Positions 1-7,785 are shown, numbered from the stretch's first letter. The stretch is DNA of 64,000 bases from Opitutaceae bacterium (GCA_051252375.1 JBPOFY010000009.1:1-64000); one strand, 5' to 3'. Program-made: numbers and translations. Notes: generated by a model from the sequence alone, not told the origin.

Positions 1-174
1 GGTGGAGGTGACAAAGGTGCCAGTGGTGCCCTGGTCAAGACAGACGCGTTTGAGCCGCTCAAAGCCACGGTCGAACGCGCCTATCCGATGGCGCACCCTG
101 ATTATTCAGAAGAATACGCGGTGCGCGCCTGCCGCACGGTTGATGGAATCGTTTGTGAATCACTGGATATGTAG
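1..174 (+). CDS. 3' end of GHMP-family sugar kinase (galactokinase-like), truncated by window
   Basis: Frame +1 reads GGGDKGASGALVKTDAFEPLKATVERAYP...DGIVCESLDM*; the Gly-rich GGG-x-xG loop resembles the GHMP kinase C-terminal motif; not in the supplied ORF track. Confidence 0.55.
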   Translation, partial: GGGDKGASGALVKTDAFEPLKATVERAYPMAHPDYSEEYAVRACRTVDGIVCESLDM

Positions 175-192
175 CACTCCTGAAGTGACTAG

Positions 193-336
193 CTGACTGC
201 CTTCTTCGACCACCGCAAACGAAGGCAGAAAGGTTTGCAAGTTTAGGCACAGATGCAGCTTCGCAGCAGCCTTGCGACGACGATGCTTCGCCCAGTCCAT
301 ATAATTGGCGACCAAAGCAATTGTTGTGGAATCAAT
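193..336 (-). pseudogene. Internal fragment of IS4-family DDE transposase
   Basis: Minus strand translates IDSTTIALVANYMDWAKHRRRKAAAKLHLCLNLQTFLPSFAVVEEGSQ; the DSTT and W-A-K-x-R-x-x-K-x-x-x-K-x-H motifs are typical of IS4 transposases; no start and no element ends. Confidence 0.75.
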
Positions 337-410
337 GCTGTGTCGAAACTACATCTATAAATCTTGGATTCGCTTTTATGCATCCCTTTCCCGGTAATTG
401 ACGATGAACC

Positions 411-443
411 AAAAAAGGCCTGTGAATGAATCATTCACAGGCC
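411..443 (-). terminator. Rho-independent terminator of the large secreted protein gene
   Basis: Stem ggcctgtgaatg/cattcacaggcc with an A6 tract on + (U tract on -). Confidence 0.8.
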
Positions 444-472
444 CTTAACAGGCAATATATGGGAGTCGTTAA

Positions 473-3421
473 CTAGTCTTCAAGAACAACAAGGCGAACA
501 AAGAACGGATCCGTTCCAGTTGGCATCGTGTAGGAGACGGATGTCCCGTTTACAATTGTCACTTCGCCTTCAAGAACAGTCCCCCAACTGTTCAAGTCAG
601 GTGTTGAAGACTCAACGTAGTAATTAGTGCCATAGCTACCTGTGTAGGTAGCTCCCATGGGCCATGTCACTGTGAGTCCAGCGTCAGGTATAGGGAGTGA
701 AGTCTGTCCACTACCTGTTTCTCCCATGAAATACTCGATGCCGTTTTTCACGCCATCTAAGTCGAAGTCCTGGTCAATTGTCTGACCACCAGCATTTGTA
801 GCAGCCCAATCTCCATAGCCTGCACTTGGTGTATCAACTCTCGCTTGGAAGTAACCGATCTGTAAGCCTGATGTTCCTGTAGCAGCGGCACTATGGAGAT
901 AGAGGCCAACTGAGATAACATCTGAGAAATCTGGCGATAAGATAACTGCTCCCACATTCGGGGACGTATCTGTATTCATGGTCGTTGTGAAACTATACCA
1001 GTCGACCGCAGTGACATCTGGAAGTGTGAAGGTTGCTGCACCTGGCCATTCAGCCACAGCTGTTGCAAACCATCCCGATGTAGTTTGAACGATGAAGCTG
1101 TATTGTTCGAGTCCAGATCCAGATGAGAAGCCTGCCATTGTAATCGACGCTAAACTGTCGCCGCCTAAAGGAGTTAGCCACTCAGAGGCCTCCCATGCAA
1201 TCATCGTCTCGTGGGCTCCGCTGGCTGGAGTATTTATAATACGAATGCGGTCGTAGAGACTATCATCAACCCGGTAGATACCAACAGCTGAAGTTGCAGC
1301 GGCAAATACGACACTTCGATTCTCAACACCGACTCCATCATAATAAGCACCATTGTCACCTACAGCATCACTGCCATCATATGTCGCAGGGGGTGTTGCC
1401 GCGAAAGACTGATTTCCACCATCTAAAATTGTTGTATCGTAAGGATCTGGTAGTCCCCACTGAACAATTGTCGATGCTGTACTGCTGCCCGTCACGGTAA
1501 TTTCGAGGTTAGCGGTATCAGTGCCACCGTTGCTGTCAGAAACTTGAATAGTCCACGTAGCAGGGCTGCCTGCCGTAGTAGGTGTGCCAGACAATGCACC
1601 GTCAGGCGCGATATCCAACCAACTTGGTCCAGACACCTTGCTGTATGTCAAAGTGTCAAGGAAGTCCGAATCAGTTGCAGAGCCAGCCAATGTCTCACCT
1701 GAGTATGCGACACCAGCAACAGCTGCAGCTGTTACAGTTGGATCCAACGTGAACACCGGATCGGCATTCGGGACACCGCCAGGGTTGCCTGCTGTTGCTT
1801 GGAAATATCCCATTTGCATAGCGGATACGTCCGTGCCATTATCTGCACTATGGAAATAGAAGCCAACTGAAGTTACATCCGAGAAGTCTGGTGATAGAAC
1901 AACTGCGCCGGCATTAGTAGCGCCATCAGTATTCATCGTTGTAGAGAAGCTATACCAGTCGACTGCTGTAACATCTGGAAGTGTAAATGTATTTGCGCCA
2001 GTCCAGGTTGACATTGCAGTAGAAAACCAACCTGCTGATGTTTGAACAATAAAGCTGTACTGATTAAGTGAAGCTCCGCTCTCAAAGCCTCCCATTGTTA
2101 TAGATGCTAAAGTGTTACTCCCAATAGCTTCTAACCAATTTGCGGCCTCCCATGCGATCATCGTTTCGTGATCGGTGTTATCTGCAGTATTTGTAATGCG
2201 AATGCGGTCATACCCACTGTCACTGATGTGATAGGCCCCGCTAGCAGAAGTAGCTGCGGAAAAGATGGGACTCTTATTAGCGGCGTTGACACCAACATAA
2301 TAAACACCGGAATCGCCCATCGCATCACTGCCATCATAGATGAGAGGTGGTGTAGAGAATGCTGCGTTGCCTCCTGTAATAATAGTTGCATCATAAGGAT
2401 CTGGAAGTCCCCACTCAACGAGGGTCGTTACAGAACTTGGCTCGCCTACGCCAATGATTAATGTCGCACTAGCGCTGCCACCATTACCGTCTGAGACGGA
2501 GATGCCCCAAGTGTTGTAGCCGGCATCACCAACTAATGGCGTGCCCGTAAGATCACCATTGGATGCGATACTAAGCCAAGACGGCCCCGAGTCTTTGCTG
2601 AAGCTCAATGTGTCGCTAACATCGGCGTCAGACGCGTCTGTTGCGAGAGAGCCGACGTAAGCCACGTCCTGCTCAGCATCTGCTTTGAGCACAGGATCTG
2701 TATTGAAGATTGGAGCGCTATTCCCGCCAGCGAGGTTCAGCGAGTCATGTACTTCGAAACTGTCAAAACTAAGCGTAGCACCTGGGAAGGCAGCTGGGTT
2801 TCCTGATGCGGAAAACGCACCGAAGCCACGCCATGCGTTTCCTGTGACCCACTGGCTGCCGACGTTAAGTGCTACTGCGGTACCGCCATCGATTCTAGCT
2901 AATCCCTCGCCAGAGGCGAGAGTGCCTGACCAACCCGCACCATTATCGTAGCTAACCGAAGCAGCGCTGTTGTTGAATACGATCTCATAGACACCGTTTT
3001 GAGTTACATCAACAGATGCCCAGTGATTGGCGTTTCCGCGGTTTGTGTAATTAAAGCCAATCCAGGGGCCATCCGGATCGCCACCTACATCATCAACATA
3101 GTTTGAGACTGTGACTTTCATATAACCTACGACCGCAGTGCGAGAGGTGTCATAGTGATTCCAGCGCAAATCGGTTGAGACAATATGTGTAATGTCGACT
3201 TGGTTGTTTGCAGCATCGTAGATGGCAGAAGACCCTCCGCTGGATTCATCCCACCAGTTGCCTTGGGTCGAGGTATCAACGCCGGGATCCGAAGTGAAAT
3301 CGTCATTGTAGATTTCCGCAGCATGCGTGGCTGTTACGGCAAGCGCAACAGCTGGAATGATCAGGCGCGCCAGCCTTATAGCCATGCACCCTTGAATGGT
3401 TGTTCTATGTTTTATTTTCAT
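473..3421 (-). CDS. Large secreted/surface protein: signal peptide, N-terminal beta domain, 2x (putative Ig/He_PIG-like + ~210-aa unknown domain), C-terminal DxDxDG-containing domain
   Basis: ORF 473..3484 with likely start MKIKHR at 3421; signal-like IIPAVALAVTATHA; two LxF/YSKxSGPSWLxIAxxGxLxGTP Ig-like modules; duplicated WGLPDPYD...GYFQA domain. Confidence 0.8.
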   Translation of the reverse strand: MKIKHRTTIQGCMAIRLARLIIPAVALAVTATHAAEIYNDDFTSDPGVDTSTQGNWWDESSGGSSAIYDAANNQVDITHIVSTDLRWNHYDTSRTAVVGYMKVTVSNYVDDVGGDPDGPWIGFNYTNRGNANHWASVDVTQNGVYEIVFNNSAASVSYDNGAGWSGTLASGEGLARIDGGTAVALNVGSQWVTGNAWRGFGAFSASGNPAAFPGATLSFDSFEVHDSLNLAGGNSAPIFNTDPVLKADAEQDVAYVGSLATDASDADVSDTLSFSKDSGPSWLSIASNGDLTGTPLVGDAGYNTWGISVSDGNGGSASATLIIGVGEPSSVTTLVEWGLPDPYDATIITGGNAAFSTPPLIYDGSDAMGDSGVYYVGVNAANKSPIFSAATSASGAYHISDSGYDRIRITNTADNTDHETMIAWEAANWLEAIGSNTLASITMGGFESGASLNQYSFIVQTSAGWFSTAMSTWTGANTFTLPDVTAVDWYSFSTTMNTDGATNAGAVVLSPDFSDVTSVGFYFHSADNGTDVSAMQMGYFQATAGNPGGVPNADPVFTLDPTVTAAAVAGVAYSGETLAGSATDSDFLDTLTYSKVSGPSWLDIAPDGALSGTPTTAGSPATWTIQVSDSNGGTDTANLEITVTGSSTASTIVQWGLPDPYDTTILDGGNQSFAATPPATYDGSDAVGDNGAYYDGVGVENRSVVFAAATSAVGIYRVDDSLYDRIRIINTPASGAHETMIAWEASEWLTPLGGDSLASITMAGFSSGSGLEQYSFIVQTTSGWFATAVAEWPGAATFTLPDVTAVDWYSFTTTMNTDTSPNVGAVILSPDFSDVISVGLYLHSAAATGTSGLQIGYFQARVDTPSAGYGDWAATNAGGQTIDQDFDLDGVKNGIEYFMGETGSGQTSLPIPDAGLTVTWPMGATYTGSYGTNYYVESSTPDLNSWGTVLEGEVTIVNGTSVSYTMPTGTDPFFVRLVVLED

Positions 3422-3852
3422 TGTGGGTATTGGGTTAGGAGAATTTCGACTAGTTAATAACTGGTGTGTGTCGTAATTAGGCATACTCCAGAGGTTTTAG
3501 TCATTTTTTAAGGAGGTGGTTCTGCCAAAATACTATGTTAATTTGTTCAATGATCACGAATTCTGTATTAATGGTGTATGGTTCGAGCACACGAACAAGA
3601 ATAGCCATCACTTTAACGGAATAAACCGATCTCGCATATACTGATATACGTATTATACATGCCAAATTACGTCAGCCAGCCATGAGGCACGTAAAGAGTT
3701 AATCAATAATAGGTAATTCGATAACAAAACTGCACCTGAACTCGCGATACGATCACCCATCGACAACCGTGTGGTGTGGGGTAAAGTTATTGGATTCGTT
3801 CCCTATATGCGATTGATTGTCAAGTCGTTATGGGGTCGTAAAAGAGGAGTGC

Positions 3853-4578
3853 TTGAATACGCAAGTTACAATATTTTTAGTCACTTTAGCTGGTTGGATG
3901 AACCGAAAGCAGCAGTCTGTCATCGAGTATTTGCTTGAAGTTCCAAGGAGCATCGCGACGACAGCGCAAAGCCAACAAACAGGGTAATGAAACAGCAACT
4001 GGACGTCTCTGGTAAAAAGCTTCGTTTGAGCAATGTGCAGCGTCGTAGTTTGGCGAAGAAGGCTAAGGCGCTAGGCTGGGCAATATTGCAGAGGTATGCC
4101 AGTTTGGTGACGCCAACTACGCTGATGGCATGGGACCGAAGATTCGTTGCCCTCAAATATACTGGCAAGCGTGAGAGCAACATAGAACGCCAAGGGGAGA
4201 TGGAAGTGATCCGTGAACTGTGTGTTAAGTTCGCGGAGGAAAACCCAGACTGGGGATATAATCGTATTCAGGAGCCCTTTCCAGTGTCGGTTATGTGGTC
4301 AGCGATACTACAGTCCGCAACAGAATGGGTATGCCGAGCGCTTCGTGAAATCAATCAAGACAGAGTGTCTCGATCATTATATCTTTCTAGGCGAAAAACC
4401 ACTGCGTCGAGCAGTTGAGTAATACGTGAAGTAATATCATCATGAGCGGAATTATCAGGGATTGAAAAACTTAATCCCATTCCCGAAATCTGTAGGAAAG
4501 CCCGATAAACACTCAACTATTCGTAAAAGTGAACGGTTGGGTGGGTTTCTAAATGACTATCATCGCGAGAAAAAGTAG
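3853..4578 (+). pseudogene. Degenerate integrase-core (rve/DDE) transposase of PVC-type IS element
   Basis: Pieces LAGWMNRKQQSVIEYLLE, then LRLSNVQRRSLAKKAKALG...[11 protein letters not shown], then [20 protein letters not shown]...YHHERNYQGL...RLGGFLNDYHRE; ~36 bp insertion near 3941-3976, frameshifts, in-frame stops and loss of the central catalytic segment. Confidence 0.85.
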
Positions 4579-4661
4579 GTGGACGAAGCGGCCTAAAAAC
4601 TGAACCAAATATTTGCTGAAACGACGCTTTCGAGTATCTCGAATTCGCTGTGATAGGATTG

Positions 4662-4881
4662 ATTTCGATCATTCGGTGATCGAAATGATCGAAATCGTGC
4701 AAGATTTTGAGGTCTTTTCGCTAAGTTCCGTGCGACTAGGGCAGCTCGTTTTTAATCAAAATGATCGAAATAGAAATAGGGAAGATGCTCGGAATCCCTT
4801 TAACAAAGGGCTTCCGAGCTGTTAACCACTTTAGAATTATTTCGATCAGTTCGCCTTTTCAAAAGTGATTGGCCAGCCATT
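4662..4881 (+). repeat. Direct repeat copy 1 (att-like scar with tRNA-Asn pieces)
   Basis: Aligns with 6048-6316; 39 bp identical core at 4843-4881 = 6278-6316; gctgttaaccactt at 4818-4831; ends gccagcca. Confidence 0.85.
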
Positions 4882-4910
4882 TAAGGCCCTTCGTTAATCG
4901 GAGGGCCTTA
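4882..4910 (+). terminator. Hairpin (terminator-like) between repeat and GIY-YIG gene
   Basis: taaggccctt...gagggcctta followed by a T-rich tract. Confidence 0.55.
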
Positions 4911-4919
4911 TTTATTTTT

Positions 4920-5180
4920 ATGTATTTCGTCTACGTCTTAGAGAATCCCAAAGACCGTCTTTATGCAGACCATACTGGCGATTTAGAGCGCCGCCTGGAT
5001 CAACACAACAACCCTGAGGGTAAAGAGCATCTGGGGAAATATATGCATCGGAATGGACCGTGGTCTCTGATTGGTTCAGAGGAATTCGGGACTCGCTCCG
5101 AAGCCATGCGCCGCGAGAAGCAACTCAAGTCGTGGAAATTACCCTCCAAAGTTCGGGCACTATTTCAGTCTGGGCGGTAG
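4920..5180 (+). CDS. Small stand-alone GIY-YIG nuclease
   Basis: MYFVYVLEN...LYADHTGDLERRLDQHN...GPW...EEFGTRSEAMRREKQLKSWK; the YIG motif has drifted to YAD, so it may be inactive. Confidence 0.85.
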   Translation: MYFVYVLENPKDRLYADHTGDLERRLDQHNNPEGKEHLGKYMHRNGPWSLIGSEEFGTRSEAMRREKQLKSWKLPSKVRALFQSGR

Positions 5181-5263
5181 AGTCCCGACTTCGTCGGGAT
5201 TAATCACTTGGTCAAGTCGCAGATCCCGATGTGTCGGGAGTTCGATCCCAGCCCGAGCAGCCA
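5175..5263 (+). pseudogene. Pseudo-tRNA-Asn interrupted by two TCCCGA..TCGGGA palindromes
   Basis: cggtagag (D arm), [tcccgac ttc gtcggga], ttaatcacttggtc (3' side of anticodon arm), [tcccgat gt gtcggga], gttcgatcccagc ccgagca G CCA (T arm and acceptor 3' strand with A72/G73 as in tRNA-Asn); 5' acceptor strand absent. Confidence 0.7.
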
Positions 5264-5374
5264 CGATCCGTCGTCGCCTGTTGTCTATGCGGGACACAGC
5301 TGCTTATGCTATGTGTGTGAAATATGTGATCCACGATTGGAGCTGAAACGAGCATATCTTTGATTTAAGCGAAC

Positions 5375-5402
5375 TTGACATGGTTAACCTGCGTGTTAAC
5401 TT
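5375..5402 (+). promoter_or_regulatory. Sigma70-type promoter with overlapping GTTAAC-N6-GTTAAC operator for the TA operon
   Basis: TTGACA at 5375-5380; TGn-TAACTT at 5394-5402; gttaac at 5383-5388 and 5395-5400. Confidence 0.6.
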
Positions 5403-5411
5403 ATTATTTTA

Positions 5412-5762
5412 ATGAAAGAGGTTCAGTTTTTCAGGCGAGCAGATGGCAGTAGTCCCGTTGAGGAGTTTATTGATGATCTCACGGACAAGCAGGCGCAGAA
5501 AGTTGCTTGGGTGCTTAAGCTTATTGAAGATTTGGACATCATTCCGGCTCAATACTGGAAGAAGTTGACGAATACAGACGATATCTGGGAGGCCAGAATA
5601 CAGTTTGGCGGTAACATCTTTCGTATTTTGGGCTTTGAAAATGGGGGCGAGTTTGTAGTGCTGACGAATGGTTTTGCGAAGAAAACGCAAAAGACTCCCA
5701 AGCGCGAAATCGAGTTGGCCGAGCAACGTAAGAAAATCTATCTAAAGGAGGAAAACCAATGA
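5412..5762 (+). CDS. Type II TA toxin, RelE/ParE superfamily (HigB/Gp49-like)
   Basis: SPVEEFIDDL...IWEARIQFGGNIFRILGF...LTNGFAKKTQKTPKREIELAE; toxin-first gene order. Confidence 0.9.
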   Translation: MKEVQFFRRADGSSPVEEFIDDLTDKQAQKVAWVLKLIEDLDIIPAQYWKKLTNTDDIWEARIQFGGNIFRILGFENGGEFVVLTNGFAKKTQKTPKREIELAEQRKKIYLKEENQ

Positions 5763-6034
5763 GTGATCTAAAGAAATACATTAATAAGCGTAAGGCATCG
5801 AGTCCCAGCTTTGCGGAGGACTTTGACGAGGGGTATGAAAACTTCCGCATCGGCGTGATGCTGAAGCAAGCACGTCTGGAGGCGGGGCTTACTCAAGACG
5901 AAATCGCCACTGCGATTGGCACACGTAAGACAGCCATCTCTCGCTTGGAAAACCATGTTCAAGACGTGAAGCTATCGACTGTCGAGAAGTATGCGAAAGC
6001 TCTGGGCAAACATGTAGAAATCCGAATCGCATGA
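5759..6034 (+). CDS. XRE-family HTH antitoxin (HigA-like)
   Basis: LKQARLEAGLTQDEIATAIGTRKTAISRLEN; ATGA overlap with toxin stop. Confidence 0.9.
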   Translation: MSDLKKYINKRKASSPSFAEDFDEGYENFRIGVMLKQARLEAGLTQDEIATAIGTRKTAISRLENHVQDVKLSTVEKYAKALGKHVEIRIA

Positions 6035-6047
6035 TGTCTTTCCGATC

Positions 6048-6316
6048 ATTTCGATCACTTGATTGATCGAAATGATCGTAATCGTGCAGGATTTTGAGGT
6101 CTTTTCACTGAGTCCTGCGCGACTTGAGTGATCGATTTTCAACCAAAGTGATCGTCCACGAAGTGCCGCATGCGACCAATGGAAATGGGCGAAACGCTCG
6201 GGATACCTTTAATAAAGGGCTCTGGGGCTGTTAATCACTTTGCGTTGATTGTTCACCTTCGGTGGCACTGCGTGGAACGATCAGTTCGCCTTTTCAAAAG
6301 TGATTGGCCAGCCATT
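6048..6316 (+). repeat. Direct repeat copy 2 (att-like scar with tRNA-Asn pieces)
   Basis: Aligns with 4662-4881, plus two extra short insertions; gctgttaatcactt at 6227-6240; ends gccagcca. Confidence 0.85.
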
Positions 6317-6322
6317 CCAAGG

Positions 6323-6361
6323 AAAACGTCAACCAACTGCAAAGTGGTTGACGTTTTTTTT
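6323..6361 (+). terminator. Strong rho-independent terminator
   Basis: aaaacgtcaacca...tggttgacgtttttttt. Confidence 0.85.
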
Positions 6362-6455
6362 ATACCTGAAAGCCAGTGATTTGTGAGATCTAGAAAGTGT
6401 TAACTACTTGGTCGTTGGTTCGCTTTAAGCATTTGCGGATCAGGGTGTAAGCGCA

Positions 6456-6485
6456 AATAAGTCGCTGATTTCTCAGCGGCTTATT
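6456..6485 (-). terminator. Terminator-like hairpin downstream of the amidohydrolase operon remnant
   Basis: aataagtcgctga tttc tcagcggcttatt. Confidence 0.55.
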
Positions 6486-6507
6486 GATTAAAGGAATTTA
6501 GGGAACG

Positions 6508-6745
6508 CTATTTCCCGAAAATGGGGAGTATGTGGCGTTCGCAGAGATTACCGGTGACGTTGCGACCGATGATGGCTTCGTTGGCTTTGAGTGTTTCGGG
6601 TAAGCCGAACTCCTGAATCGCGCAGTCGACGCCTTTGTTGAAACGTTCAATGAACTTGGGCGCACGCGTAGGCGGACTTCGCGAACGGTTTGGGAATGTC
6701 GATGAGTTCGGCCTTATTAGGATCAGTGATAGAGATGGCTTTCAT
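6508..6745 (-). pseudogene. uxaE: Collapsed chimeric remnant: Zn-dependent dehydrogenase N-terminus joined to three fragments of tagaturonate/fructuronate epimerase
   Basis: [20 protein letters not shown] / EVRLRV (MDR dehydrogenase start), then [13 protein letters not shown] | CAIQEFGLPETLK | ANEAIIGRNVTGNLCERHILPIFGK*; matches recalled UxaE motifs PKFxGRFNKGVD, EFGLPxxLK and the C-terminal NVTxNLxxRH. Confidence 0.7.
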
Positions 6746-6753
6746 GGGAATGG

Positions 6754-7578
6754 TTATAGTTGGTAAACTTTGCTCGCGGTGTCGCCCATGATCGCGGCTT
6801 GTTCGTCGGGCGAGAGTGGTGCGATGTAGTTGCGAATGAGATCAGCCCATTGTTGGTAGCCTGTCGCGACGAGGCAGACGGGCCAGTCGGACCCGAACAT
6901 GAGGCGCCCCGCGCCGAAGGCGGTCAGCACTGTGTCGAGATAGGGGTGCAGTTGGCGCTGTGTCCATTGGTTCCAGTCGGCTTCGTTGACGAGACCGGAA
7001 AGTTTGCAGGTGACGTTTTCGCGCTTTGCTAGTTCCCGAATGTTGAGCTGCCATGCGTCGATTTCAGCGTCCTTGATCTTAGGCTTTGCGATGTGATCGA
7101 GCACGAAACGCTGGTTAGGATGACGGTCGACGAAACGAATGACTTCTTTCAGCTGATTCTCAAATATGAGTATGTCGTAAACGAGTCCGCGTGTAGTCAC
7201 ATTCTGGATACCACGATTAAAGTCGGGTGCGTCGAGGAATCCGTCGGGCTCTCCTTGCACAACATGACGGAGGGCTTTGAGTTCTTGCGATTGGCTGTAG
7301 CAGTCGAGTTGATCGCCGATGTCTTCGGAGGCTAGCGGTAGCCAACCGACTATGCCTTTTATGAAATCATTTTCGGAGGCGAGTTGCAGGAGCCAGTCAG
7401 TCTCTTCGATTGTCTGACGCGCTTGCACGCTGATGACGCCGTCGATACCGGCAGTGTCGATTTCAGTTTTTAGATCTTTTGGTAAGAAGCTGCGTTGGAT
7501 ATTATACATGCTGTCGTCAATCCAGTCGTATTCGACGGGTTCGTAGCTCCAAAAGTGGTGGTGAGCATCTATTTTCAT
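6754..7578 (-). CDS. Amidohydrolase-2 family sugar lactonase (L-fucono-/L-rhamnono-lactonase-like)
   Basis: [22 protein letters not shown] and FGSDWPVC motifs. Confidence 0.85.
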   Translation of the reverse strand: MKIDAHHHFWSYEPVEYDWIDDSMYNIQRSFLPKDLKTEIDTAGIDGVISVQARQTIEETDWLLQLASENDFIKGIVGWLPLASEDIGDQLDCYSQSQELKALRHVVQGEPDGFLDAPDFNRGIQNVTTRGLVYDILIFENQLKEVIRFVDRHPNQRFVLDHIAKPKIKDAEIDAWQLNIRELAKRENVTCKLSGLVNEADWNQWTQRQLHPYLDTVLTAFGAGRLMFGSDWPVCLVATGYQQWADLIRNYIAPLSPDEQAAIMGDTASKVYQL

Positions 7579-7713
7579 GATCGTTTAATGGTGTGGGTAG
7601 GCGTTGGCTAGAAGGCAGTCACTTTTGAGTGCTTGCCAGAATTCTGCCGGCACCGCGGTTTCGACGAGGGCTATGTTATCAGCCACGCATTCTGCCTTGC
7701 TGCGGATGGCTAC

Positions 7714-7785
7714 GTCGAGTGGAAATCCGTCGGGGAGATTTTCGCAGAAGCGGATGTCGTGAGTTTACACTGTCCACAAACGGAA
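7714..7785 (+). pseudogene. Short fragment of D-2-hydroxyacid dehydrogenase
   Basis: VEWKSVGEIFAEADVVSLHCPQTE signature only; flanks do not continue the family. Confidence 0.6.

Noticed and set aside
3675..3683. gccagccat word matching the end of the att-like repeats
   Set aside because: Only 9 bp with no flanking similarity; compatible with chance.
5175..5263. Functional or intron-containing tRNA
   Set aside because: The 5' acceptor strand and anticodon G are missing, and the insertions disrupt the arms; called a pseudogene.
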